From the IMG/VR virus record IMGVR_UViG_3300030202_002165: 64,000 nucleotides of DNA; one strand, 5' to 3'. How positions within the stretch are numbered: the first letter of the stretch is position 1; each line of letters starts with the position of its first letter. A program made the position numbers and the translations under genes. Of the stretch, positions 29,396 to 39,400 are shown piece by piece. Below the pieces are notes generated by a model, which saw nothing but the letters and a program-made list of their open reading frames with translations, had not been told where the DNA came from and made no database searches. This DNA is from an uncultured virus (IMG/VR IMGVR_UViG_3300030202_002165). Its lineage: Duplodnaviria; Heunggongvirae; Uroviricota; Caudoviricetes.

Positions 29396-30255
29396 TGTTA
29401 ACTATTGGAAATCCTATAAGTAAAAATCGTACTTGGACCCGTGCGTATGTTGTAAGAGGAGGAAAGCAGTCAATTGAGCTTGATGGTACTACTGACTATT
29501 TACGAGCAGGCGATCATGAAGATTATACATTTAGTTCTGGAGCTGGGTCAGCAAATGATATGCCTTTTAGTGTATCTATGTGGGTAAAAGCAGACGGAGC
29601 ACAAAATTTTACGATTATGGCTAAAGCTGATAGCAGTGGAGATTATGAATATAGAATATTTATGCTGTCTAATAAACTTTTTGTCGATTTACATACAAAT
29701 ACTTCTGGAAATTATAATAGAGTAGCCACAACTTCTACTCTTACATATGCTGGAGCTTGGACACATTTTGTAATTACTTATAATGGAGATATTGCAAATA
29801 ATGATGACGGAAGAAAAAGAGGAAGACGTATATATATTAACGGAGTACTTCATGCTATGTCGCCTGCGGCAGGAGGTTCTTATACTGGTATGAATGACGA
29901 AGTTTCTAATTTAGTTTTTGGGCATATGCTAGACACAGCAAATTTTGATCTTGATGGTATGATGGCTGATATAATATTATGGAAAAATTATGAGCTAACA
30001 CAAGCAAATGTTAATTATATACTTGGAAAACAAAACACAGTTTATTATAGTGTTAATCCTACTAAAGCTCGGGTTAACTATAGCAGTGCTGCTGCGGCTG
30101 CGTGTGTAGGATGGTGGCCGTGTGCTGTTGTAGATGCCGGTGAAGTAGTAGATGAATCTGTAAATACTAATAATTTAGCGTTAATAAATAATGCAGCAAT
30201 TTCAGCGGCATCTGACGATAATACTCCAACAGCATCTAAATTGCCTAATACATAA
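29395..30255 (+). CDS. LamG / concanavalin A-like lectin domain protein
   Basis: SIELDGTTDYL, FSVSMWVK, WTHFVITYNG, RIYINGV, DGMMADIILW are Laminin_G_3 hallmarks. Confidence 0.85.
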   Translation: MLTIGNPISKNRTWTRAYVVRGGKQSIELDGTTDYLRAGDHEDYTFSSGAGSANDMPFSVSMWVKADGAQNFTIMAKADSSGDYEYRIFMLSNKLFVDLHTNTSGNYNRVATTSTLTYAGAWTHFVITYNGDIANNDDGRKRGRRIYINGVLHAMSPAAGGSYTGMNDEVSNLVFGHMLDTANFDLDGMMADIILWKNYELTQANVNYILGKQNTVYYSVNPTKARVNYSSAAAAACVGWWPCAVVDAGEVVDESVNTNNLALINNAAISAASDDNTPTASKLPNT

Positions 30256-30259
30256 ACGA

Positions 30260-31294
30260 ATGAAATATATATTATCAATATTATTTTTTGTTATAAGCTT
30301 AACAGTAGATGCTCAAGAGTTTAAAAAGTATTTTAAATTTGCAACTTTTTATGGAGCTGTAAATGGTGGAACTTCTATCTCTGATATAGATGTATACTCT
30401 ATAACCAATGGGCTAGAAACTTCTACAGTTCAAACACCGTTTGATTATACTATTACATTAGGAGTAAGAAAGATAGCAAGATTTGGATATGAAAATAGAG
30501 CAAATACTTTTTATGATGGAACAGAGACTTCTTGGTCTGATGGAGCTAGCATAGGTAAAGTAAAAGGTTTGGAGTTTTTATTTGAAGCAGATATTAAAAG
30601 ACAAGAAGGCGTAAATTACTTAGACCAACATCACTTTATTAGGTACGTAGCGGATAAATACATACTAAAAGGAGAATATTTAGAAGATGGTTTTGCAGAT
30701 ATAAAATACTTCGAAACTTCTCAAAGGTATAGATACAATAAAGGAAAAATATCTTTTAATATTGGATTGTCTCAGAGATTATCTGAACCTTACGGTTATG
30801 ATCCTTTAGAAGAATGGATATTAGATAATGGTGATATACATTATACGTATTTAGCTATACAAGAAGGATATAAAATAGATGTATTTAATAGTGAGTATAA
30901 AGATCCAAATGGTAATATAGTAGCTACAAATGTAGAAGTATGGGAAGAAATTATAATTCCTCAAGTATTAGCAGATTATGTAGAAAGAAAAAGAAATGAG
31001 TTAGATAATAAAATGCAACAATCTTTAGTAATAGGTATAGATTATTATTACTATAAAAAAAGTTTTTGGTTGCATACTTGGATTAATTTAATGCCTTGGC
31101 ACTATGACGATGGAGGGGCATTTTCTTATCATAAGTATAATAACAATGAACAATGGTATGATTACTCAGGTGGATTAATATTTGGTTATAAATATAATAA
31201 ACACTTGGGAACATTTGTAGAAGGAAAGTACAATAAATATTGGAATCGTGAGTGGTACGATTTTAAATTTGGAATTAATTATGTAATATTTTAA
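30260..31294 (+). CDS. Putative outer-membrane beta-barrel protein
   Basis: Signal peptide MKYILSILFFVISLTVDA|Q from ATG 30260; aromatic-rich alternating strands; C-terminal beta-signal-like FKFGINYVIF ending in Phe. Confidence 0.7.
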   Translation: MKYILSILFFVISLTVDAQEFKKYFKFATFYGAVNGGTSISDIDVYSITNGLETSTVQTPFDYTITLGVRKIARFGYENRANTFYDGTETSWSDGASIGKVKGLEFLFEADIKRQEGVNYLDQHHFIRYVADKYILKGEYLEDGFADIKYFETSQRYRYNKGKISFNIGLSQRLSEPYGYDPLEEWILDNGDIHYTYLAIQEGYKIDVFNSEYKDPNGNIVATNVEVWEEIIIPQVLADYVERKRNELDNKMQQSLVIGIDYYYYKKSFWLHTWINLMPWHYDDGGAFSYHKYNNNEQWYDYSGGLIFGYKYNKHLGTFVEGKYNKYWNREWYDFKFGINYVIF

Positions 31295-31305
31295 AAATAA
31301 AAATT

Positions 31306-31410
31306 ATGAAAAAGAAAATTTGTAAATGGGTAATGGCTATAACTTTTGGTTTAGTTTGTTTTAACTGGTGCGAGTGTGCTTGCGGAGAAGATAATTGCTG
31401 TCAAGCATAA
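31306..31410 (+). CDS. 34 aa Cys-rich peptide (not in ORF track)
   Basis: MKKKICKWVMAITFGLVCFNWCECACGEDNCCQA; 7 Cys; A-rich start (aaataaaaattATG); fills the intergenic gap. Confidence 0.6.
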   Translation: MKKKICKWVMAITFGLVCFNWCECACGEDNCCQA

Positions 31411-31426
31411 ATGTAAATTATAAACT

Positions 31427-31636
31427 ATGCCTATAACTAATAAACAAATACACGAAGAATTAAGAGATCTTAAGGAAGATGTAAGATTTATTAAAAAGAG
31501 ATTATTAGATCCAGATGATGGAACTATCTCAAGAGTTAATAGAAATACTAGTTTTAGAAAGGGTACCCAAAAAACTCTTTGGTCTATTTGGTTAGTTTTA
31601 ATAGGCATACTAGGAAAATTAATATTTTGGAATTAA
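31427..31636 (+). CDS. Small coiled-coil protein with C-terminal TM helix (lysis-associated candidate)
   Basis: LRDLKEDVRFIK heptads, then LWSIWLVLIGILGKLIF; adjacent to the DUF5675-like gene. Confidence 0.55.
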   Translation: MPITNKQIHEELRDLKEDVRFIKKRLLDPDDGTISRVNRNTSFRKGTQKTLWSIWLVLIGILGKLIFWN

Positions 31637-31646
31637 AATAAAAAGA

Positions 31647-32111
31647 ATGAAATTAAAAGTATTAAGATTTAGTAGTCAAAAAGATTCTACTAATGGTTTA
31701 TTATTTGATGCAACTGAAGGTATGAAATTTTTATGCTATACGCTAGAAGACGAAAAAAGAGAAGTTAAAGTTAAATCAGAAACACGTATTCCTGCAGGAA
31801 CGTATAAAATCTTATTAAGAAAAGAAGGAGGATTTCATGGTAGATATGAAAAGAAGTATGGATCTATGCATAAAGGTATGCTATGGTTACAAGATGTTCC
31901 AGGATTTCAGTGGATCCTTATACATACTGGTAATACTGATGAGCATACTGCAGGATGTTTGATTTTAGGAGATACACAAGAAAATAATGTAATAGCTGAA
32001 AACGGCTTTGTTGGCAGGTCTACATCTGCGTATAAACGTATATACCCTATAATAGCAAAGGTTTTAGAAAATGAAGAAGAAGTAACAATTGAATATATTG
32101 ATTTAGATTAA
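31647..32111 (+). CDS. DUF5675-like protein, putative endolysin (L,D-transpeptidase-like fold)
   Basis: CYTLED, RIPAGTY, LQDVPGF, ILIHTGNT...HTAGCLILG motifs. Confidence 0.8.
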   Translation: MKLKVLRFSSQKDSTNGLLFDATEGMKFLCYTLEDEKREVKVKSETRIPAGTYKILLRKEGGFHGRYEKKYGSMHKGMLWLQDVPGFQWILIHTGNTDEHTAGCLILGDTQENNVIAENGFVGRSTSAYKRIYPIIAKVLENEEEVTIEYIDLD

Positions 32112-33604
32112 TGAAAGTTATAGGCCAAATAGCACACGAAGAAACTGTAGAGCATGGTCAGTTAAAACTGGGAACTACAGCTACAACAGCATTAGCTGGT
32201 AATACAGCTTATGACATTTCTTGTGTTGATGGGGCTAACTCTGACGAAGAAAATATAAGATTAACTAAATCGTTTGCAGGTACTAATATAGCTAGTGTTA
32301 CGGATGATGTTGTATTAGAGGCAGGCACAGGATTGAGTATAGCTAGAAGTGGAGATAAAATAACATTTACTAACACTGAAACAGATACGGTATTAACTTC
32401 TGAACAAGTTGAAGATATTATCGGAGCAATGGTAACCGGCAATACAGAAACAAATATAGCTGTAACTTATGATGACTCAGGAGGTAAACTAAACTTTGTT
32501 TCTACAGACACAGACACAGTTTATACCCATCCAACGGGTGCTGGTTATAACCATATACCTTCTGGAGGGTCTTCTGGACAATTTTTAAAGTATGCGTCCG
32601 CAGGTACGGCGACATGGGCTGCAGACAATGATACAACCTATTCAATTCAAGATGGAGAGTTATCGCAGAATAACTTTACAAACACTTTAAAAACTAAATT
32701 AGACGGCATTGCAGCAAGTGCTAATAATTATTCTCATCCTACAGGTAATGGAAATAACCATATACCGGCAGATGGATCTTCTGGGCAGTTTTTAAAATAC
32801 TCATCAGCAGGAACTGCAGTTTGGGCAGCTGATAATAATACTACTTATAGCGAAGCTAGCGGTAGTAGTGAAGGTCTTATGTCTACTGCACATCATGATA
32901 AATTAGATGGAATAGAAAGTAGCGCAGACGTAACAGATGCTACAAATGTTACGGCAGCTGGAGCGTTAATGGACAGTGAATGTAGTAGTTTAGCCTCTGT
33001 AAAAGCATTAGATCAAGGAGTTGCTACAGGTGATTCTCCGCAATTTGCGGGTATTAATTTAGGGCACGCTAATGATACAACTTTTGCTAGAACTGCTGCT
33101 GGAACTGTGACTATAGAAGGCAAGCAGATAAGTACTAGAGAAAAAGTAATACATATAGAGCACGCTAATTTTACTGATGATCTAGGTACAACAGAACATT
33201 TTATACCATTTATATCATCTTTTGAGCATGCTAGTTTTGCTAATGAAAAAGTACCAATGATTATGCCTGTTAATGGGAAATTATTAGGAGTGCATTATAA
33301 AGCTAATAATCACACACATACAAGCAGTAACGAAGTAACGTTTAGATTGTATGATGTAGATGATGGAGAACTTTGGGCTGATGGTAATAAAACAGTTATA
33401 GGAACTAAAGTAGTAGACGGAGTAAATAGAGTAAATATGTGTTCTGCTGATTTTCAAGATTTAACAACTACAGGTGCTTCTGGTAGTAATGCTTTTACTG
33501 CTAGTGAGTTAGTAGGTGTTAGTATACAAAATTCGCAAGACCTGAGTACTACAACTAAGTATTCTGTTACTATGATTTTTGAATTAGATTTTAGCTCTTA
33601 CTAA
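32111..33604 (+). CDS. Tail fibre protein
   Basis: LGTTATTALAGN, EQVEDIIGAM, KLDGI x2, duplicated HPTG..HIP.GG unit, DSPQFAGINLG shaft motifs; globular C-terminal domain. Confidence 0.8.
   Translation: MKVIGQIAHEETVEHGQLKLGTTATTALAGNTAYDISCVDGANSDEENIRLTKSFAGTNIASVTDDVVLEAGTGLSIARSGDKITFTNTETDTVLTSEQVEDIIGAMVTGNTETNIAVTYDDSGGKLNFVSTDTDTVYTHPTGAGYNHIPSGGSSGQFLKYASAGTATWAADNDTTYSIQDGELSQNNFTNTLKTKLDGIAASANNYSHPTGNGNNHIPADGSSGQFLKYSSAGTAVWAADNNTTYSEASGSSEGLMSTAHHDKLDGIESSADVTDATNVTAAGALMDSECSSLASVKALDQGVATGDSPQFAGINLGHANDTTFARTAAGTVTIEGKQISTREKVIHIEHANFTDDLGTTEHFIPFISSFEHASFANEKVPMIMPVNGKLLGVHYKANNHTHTSSNEVTFRLYDVDDGELWADGNKTVIGTKVVDGVNRVNMCSADFQDLTTTGASGSNAFTASELVGVSIQNSQDLSTTTKYSVTMIFELDFSSY
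32522..32848 (+). repeat. Two copies of a 40 aa fibre repeat (32522-32641, 32729-32848)
   Basis: YTHPTGAGYNHIPSGGSSGQFLKYASAGTATWAADNDTTY vs YSHPTGNGNNHIPADGSSGQFLKYSSAGTAVWAADNNTTY. Confidence 0.9.
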
Positions 33605-33930
33605 TGGCGTATACTCATCAACATATAATAGGAAGTTCAGGATTTATAACTAAAATACGTAGCATTGTTACAGATACTACTACACTACAAGAGCTAACGT
33701 TAAGTAGTGTAAAAGATAATGGAAGCTGCACAGTTGATTTATTTATCTATGGTAATCATGCTCCTGTAACTGGACAAAAGTTTTATATAATAAAAAATTT
33801 AATAATATTAAAAGGTACAAGTGTAACATTTGATTCTTCTGATATAGGCTATGATAATAAATTATATGATCTATATATACAAGTATCAAGTAATAAAGAT
33901 GCGCTTGACCTTAAATTAAAAATAACATAA
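33604..33930 (+). CDS. Small beta-rich hypothetical protein
   Basis: 108 aa ORF starting right after the fibre stop codon. Confidence 0.5.
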   Translation: MAYTHQHIIGSSGFITKIRSIVTDTTTLQELTLSSVKDNGSCTVDLFIYGNHAPVTGQKFYIIKNLIILKGTSVTFDSSDIGYDNKLYDLYIQVSSNKDALDLKLKIT

Positions 33931-33932
33931 TT

Positions 33933-34325
33933 ATGAGTATATTAACAAAAATATTTTCAAGCGGTGCTACAGAGCTAGTAAAAGGTGTAGGAGGAGTTAT
34001 AGACAGCTTACATACATCTACAGAAGAAAAACTTGAAGCAGAGCGCAAGATAAAAGAAATGATAATGGGATATGAGGCAGAAATGCAGAAACAAGTAACT
34101 GAGAGATGGAAAGTAGATATGAATTCAGATTCATGGCTATCTAAAAATATAAGACCAATGGTTTTAATATTTCTAGTAGTGTCTACAGTATTAATTATAT
34201 TTATTGATGCTGGAGCTATTTCTTTTGAAGTTAAATCTTCTTGGGTAGACTTATTGCAACTAGTATTAATAACAGTGATTGGAGCTTATTTTGGCGGACG
34301 ATCGCTAGAAAAAGTAAAAAAATAA
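33933..34325 (+). CDS. Holin, 3TM (GTA holin-like) family
   Basis: RWKVDMNSDSWLSKNIRP, two TM helices, GAYFGGRSLEK signature. Confidence 0.8.
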   Translation: MSILTKIFSSGATELVKGVGGVIDSLHTSTEEKLEAERKIKEMIMGYEAEMQKQVTERWKVDMNSDSWLSKNIRPMVLIFLVVSTVLIIFIDAGAISFEVKSSWVDLLQLVLITVIGAYFGGRSLEKVKK

Positions 34326-34329
34326 AACT

Positions 34330-35043
34330 ATGACATTAGATGAGCTTGCTTATAACTTATTAAATTTGATTCGAGGAGGAAGACAAAGTCAAGATGAACA
34401 TATCTCTTTAGATCAGCTTAAATTCAATATTAAACATTATAGAGCAATGTTTATTCGAAGAGATTATGCTAAGCATGGATTTAATAGTAGACATATTGAA
34501 CAGGACTTAGGATGCTTAGAGCTTATAAAAGTAGATGCAACTAAGTGCTGTAACTTACCAGAAACTGGATGTGATGTATATAGAACTGTTAAGAAAATAC
34601 CAAAAACAGTTAGGTATAATTTTACAGAAGCTCTTTCTCATATAGGTGATATAACTGGGGTAGGTACGATACCTTTTGTACCATCTAATACAGTTCAATG
34701 GTTACCTTATGATAAATATACTAAAGGTAAGTATAAAGCATATATGATAAAAGATTATTTATATATTTACAATGCAGATGGTTTAAAATATATAAATGTA
34801 CGAGGAGTGTTTGAAGACCCATCTGATCTAGCTGAATTTGATTGTGGACCTTCATCATGTTACGATGACAGCGCTACTGATTTCCCTATGCCTATGGATA
34901 TGATAGAGAGAGTTAATTCTGGATTATTAAGTAAAGAGCTATCATTATTAGCGGGATCATTTAGTGACACCGTTAATGATAGAGCACAAGATCCTAAAAC
35001 TATAGTACCAAGAAATATTAATACAGGACAATCTCCAGAATGA
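34330..35043 (+). CDS. Tail ring protein (crAss-like)
   Basis: MTLDELAY...IKHYRAMFI...QDLGCLELIKVD...YLYI...INVRGVFEDP...FPMP pattern; position before IHF-like/tubular/muzzle genes. Confidence 0.7.
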   Translation: MTLDELAYNLLNLIRGGRQSQDEHISLDQLKFNIKHYRAMFIRRDYAKHGFNSRHIEQDLGCLELIKVDATKCCNLPETGCDVYRTVKKIPKTVRYNFTEALSHIGDITGVGTIPFVPSNTVQWLPYDKYTKGKYKAYMIKDYLYIYNADGLKYINVRGVFEDPSDLAEFDCGPSSCYDDSATDFPMPMDMIERVNSGLLSKELSLLAGSFSDTVNDRAQDPKTIVPRNINTGQSPE

Positions 35044-35516
35044 CACATACCCTTAGAAATATAACTAAAGCTTATATTAAAGAGCACGGAAATATAGACA
35101 CTAATTTATTTAGAGATATATGTTCTGAATTTAATATATTAGTAATAGATTATATGCTAGAAGGAAAAGAGTTTAATATGGGAAATAATCTTTCTACATT
35201 ATCTATAATTAGACGTGAAAGAGATCCCAGATCTCCTAGACTAGATTGGGGAGAAAGTAATAAATATAAAAAAGAGTTATTAAACGACGGTAAAGATTTA
35301 TATAATGTAGACACAGGCCAAGGAGTTAAATGGCATATCTATCATACTGATGCTTTCTATTGTAAATACTATTGGAGAAAAGGGAAATGTAAAATAGCTA
35401 ATAAATCAGTATATAGATTTGACGCTACTCGAGGAGTAAAAGGAAACAAAGAAAAGTTAATTCATTTATTAAAGAAAGATGATTTAGCATATCTAAAATT
35501 TAAAAAACATAAATAA
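35040..35516 (+). CDS. Divergent IHF/HU-like protein of the tail module
   Basis: EGKEFNMGNNLSTLSI; LDWGES; YCKYYWRK...YRFDATR, as in crAss-like IHF-related genes upstream of the tubular protein. Confidence 0.7.
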   Translation: MTHTLRNITKAYIKEHGNIDTNLFRDICSEFNILVIDYMLEGKEFNMGNNLSTLSIIRRERDPRSPRLDWGESNKYKKELLNDGKDLYNVDTGQGVKWHIYHTDAFYCKYYWRKGKCKIANKSVYRFDATRGVKGNKEKLIHLLKKDDLAYLKFKKHK

Positions 35517-36400
35517 TGGCAGTATATAAAACAATATCAAGTAAAGTAGTTATACGTAAAGTCTTTCGAGATCTGCGGCCAGATGATGACAATTGGATTG
35601 ACGATGCTATAGAATGGATAGGAGAAGCTCTAGAGCATATAGGTTCATCAGCACAGCTGCAACAAAAGCAATGCGTTTTAACTGTTAAGAATCATAAAGT
35701 ATTATTACCTTCTGATTTATATTTTATTAATCAAGTAGCAATTAATAATAGTGTTTCTCCTACTACACAATCTGAACTTACAGATTTACTTGCTCAGATT
35801 AAAAAATTACAAGCAGATATAGCAACGGCTCAAGCTGCTGGATTAGATTATGCAAATACTGCTAATATATTAAATCAGATAAATTCAAGAATTGTAGTAC
35901 TAGAAAATATTTATTTTAACGATGCTAATAAATTAAACGCTTTACAATACGGAGCAAGCACATTTCATAAAAGTATGCATTGTGCAGGGTGTGTGAATGA
36001 GAATGCTATTTACGATGAAACCTATATTGTAGATGATGGCTACATTAAAACTTCTTTTGCTAGCGGAAAAATATGTTTAAGCTATCAAGCATTTCCAACT
36101 GATGCAGATTGTTATCCATTAGTTCCAGATGATATAAGTTTTAAGGAAGGTTTATTTTGGTATATATATAAACAACTTTTATTAGCTTATCCTACATTTA
36201 AAAAGAATGGAATAAATTATACTTTTGCTGATGAGAAGTGGAAATATTATTGTACACAAGCTAGAAATGCAGCTAATTATCCGGATATAGATAGGTATGA
36301 ATCATTCTTAAATCAATGGACTAGATTGATTCCGCATATTAGCAGACATGATGAAATGTTTGAAGGATTAAATAATAGAGAAAATTTACATAGAGAATAA
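35516..36400 (+). CDS. Tail tubular / first ring protein (P22 gp4-like by crAss annotation)
   Basis: DAIEWIGEALEHIG, LLPSDL, GYIKTSF.SG.I.LSY, YPLVPDD, WKYYCTQAR motifs; directly before stabilisation gene. Confidence 0.8.
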   Translation: MAVYKTISSKVVIRKVFRDLRPDDDNWIDDAIEWIGEALEHIGSSAQLQQKQCVLTVKNHKVLLPSDLYFINQVAINNSVSPTTQSELTDLLAQIKKLQADIATAQAAGLDYANTANILNQINSRIVVLENIYFNDANKLNALQYGASTFHKSMHCAGCVNENAIYDETYIVDDGYIKTSFASGKICLSYQAFPTDADCYPLVPDDISFKEGLFWYIYKQLLLAYPTFKKNGINYTFADEKWKYYCTQARNAANYPDIDRYESFLNQWTRLIPHISRHDEMFEGLNNRENLHRE

Positions 36401-39400
36401 TGGAAGAACAAAAGTTTTTAAAAGGGTTATTTAAGGACTCAGGAGAAGTAGATCAGCCGAGTAATACTTGGAGATATGCTTTAAATGCTTTGATGAATGA
36501 ACAAAAAGGCTCAGTTTCAAATGAGTCTGGTAATAAACTTTCAGGTTATATTAAAGCAACTTTACCTTCAATTCCTGGCCAAAAACAATGGCCTCATTGG
36601 GAAAAGATAATTGGAGCTATTGAAATAGATCTTAACAGAGCTATTTTATTTGTATGCGATACTCGTCCTTTGATAATAGACCCTACAGACGTTGATAAGA
36701 ATTATTACCCTCGCCACTCTATACAGTTGTGGGACGGGGTTAAATCTGAACATCAGAAAGTAACAATGTTATTTAAACCTGTTACATCTTTTGTTATGGG
36801 AGCTCAAAACACTACAGGGTGCGCGCCTGTGGATTTAAACTTTAAAGAAACTCATCCTATAGAAGGGATATTTAGAATTGACTCTAAAGAAGATGTAATT
36901 ATTTATTGGACTGATGATTTAAATCCTCCGCGAGCTCTTAATATAACTAGGCAACTAAGACATATAACAGTTACTAGTCCTATAAGTCAGTCTAAGCTAT
37001 ATGGATTAGACCCTTGTAAAAGCCATAGAAAACATATTAATTTATTAAATCTTTTTCCAGCCGCAGGAACTATTCCTCAGATTAATTCAAGGTTTGCAAA
37101 TGCTAGTTTTAATTTAATAGGCCAAGGAGGAGGGCTGCTAACAGGAGTTTATTATTTAGCTGTAGCTTATATAGATGAAGATTTTGTAGAAACTAATTAT
37201 TTAACTGTTTCAAATCCAGTATCTATTGTTCCAGAATACTCTTACACTAGACCAACAACTAAAAGAGACGGAGCTAAATCAGGAACACAAACGTCTAAAT
37301 CTATTACTTGGAACGTTCAAAATCTTAATACTGATTATAAGTATATAAAATGCGCAGTTATAAGAAAAAAAGATGATGCTGTAGACGTGTTTAAGTTGAC
37401 TGATAAAGTTATTACGGGAGATATGGCTCTTGGAACAAATATGTTACAGATTACATTTTCTGGTACTGAAGGGTTTGAACCTCTTAAAATGGAAGACGTA
37501 ATGATTGATACAGTTGGGTATGATACAGCTAAATCAATTACACAAATGGACAATGTATTGTACATGGGTAATTTAACGGGGTCTCCTGATTTAGGGTATC
37601 AAAAGTATGCTAATAATATTAAAGCTAGCTCACATGTTAGAAAAATTGAAAACTTTGATCAGCAAATTTTAAGTGTTGATAATTTATATTCTGGATTTGC
37701 AAATACTCCTGTAGACTCATTTGGGTCTGGATCAACAGGTGTAGCGATTGATGACAAAAATTCATACAGAGATCCGGAAATGAATACTTTTTATAGAGGG
37801 TATAGAAGAGGAGAAGTGTATGCGTTTTATATTGCCTTTGTTTTGAATAATGGAAGTATGTCATATGCTTATCATATACCAGGAAGAGAGCCTATTCAAG
37901 CTCAACCTATCTGGCCTGAACGGTACAGTTCTGCTTTTGGAGGTTCTACTACTAGAGGTGATTATGAATATTGGGCACTTCCAATAGGAGTAGGTAATAA
38001 TCCAATTTTAGACCATCAAAGAGAGCTTCATAATGGTACAAAAATATTTCATTTTTATGATGTAAGTGAGCATACGTCAGGCACAGATGCTAATGCGCGG
38101 CCTAACGGAGCTCCTAGAAATATGAGATATTGGCATAATTTAAATGAAGTGTACCCACACACTCCAAACTCAGAAGTATGGGATAAAAGTACATACAAAG
38201 ATCCAACAACTGGCCTTTCAATAAACTTAGTTAATGGCTTTTATAACAGCTGTCCTAACTGTAATAACGGAACAACATATGAGTATCCAGGAGGTATGCA
38301 TGGTATGTATGTTAGGCATCATCATATGCCTTCAAATATTAATCCATTTGCTACAATGATTTCAGAAGATGTTTGGGGAGGGTCTCAAGAATCTGCTACT
38401 ATTGATGTTACAACTCCAGGTATTTTTGCAGGCAGTTTCTTTACTGCTATTAATCAGAATAATTTTTGGCATAGTTCTGGCTATTCAGATACTAAAAATT
38501 GCCAAGGTAAATATCAACCGTTAGCTGCTCCAACCCTTATTAATTATGCAGCTGGGACGCTGGGTACAGAAGCACCGCCTTTTAACGCGAGTTTAGACAA
38601 ATTTGTATCTGTTCAAGATAACACACAAGTAGTAGTAGATGTCTATTTATTAGTAAGCAATGATAATAATGGGTGTACAAGAACTTTTAGCTACAAACTT
38701 AAATATAAAAAATGTGGAAGTTGTTCTACACAAACTGCGGCCAGCGGCTCTCGTGAAGTAATGTCAAACTGGGTGTCCCTTGTTAACTTTCAAGACACCG
38801 TCTTTGTAGATGCCGGAGGATCTATCTGGATGGAAGGGAAGGGAGATCAAGGAGGTACCTCTTTGAATTGGTGTGCGCATAAAGGACCTGATTGTGGATC
38901 TCATGAAAGGCATATTAAATATAACCAGGGCCCTTCTTATGGAATAACTTGGACAGTGTCACAAGTAACTGGAACTGGTCAAGATTATGACGTTAATTTA
39001 AATCATGATGTTAATGTATTAGGAGTAAGCTTTGATGATATTAATATTCCAAAATCATATTATGATAAGATTCAAGGATTTAGAATATATTATGCAAAAA
39101 GATCTTTTTCTAATAAGCGTATGATTGGACAAGCTCCGGTTATACCAATGACTAATAGTAATGGAAGAATTGGTATTTGCAGCGAGGTATTAAATGGTGG
39201 AACAAGTAATACTCCTAATCCCACTGATATTATGGATCAGACTTTAAATATCAGCGGGGGAGGAGCTGAACCATTTATTGCTAAAGAGGCATGGGCACTA
39301 GAGCCAAGTGCTTATAGCATTACTAATACACCAGGGCAAAGTCTACAAAATCAACACTCTGTACAAGATAGTGGAGGTAGTTTTAGCAGCGTTGGAACTG

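Noticed and set aside
30191..30259. Upstream start for the beta-barrel ORF
   Set aside because: It overlaps the LamG gene by 65 bp and buries the signal peptide; ATG 30260 gives a canonical signal
12801..33604. Diversity-generating retroelement acting on fibre or adhesin genes
   Set aside because: No reverse transcriptase in the window and no TR/VR pair differing only at adenines was seen; a DGR elsewhere in the genome cannot be excluded
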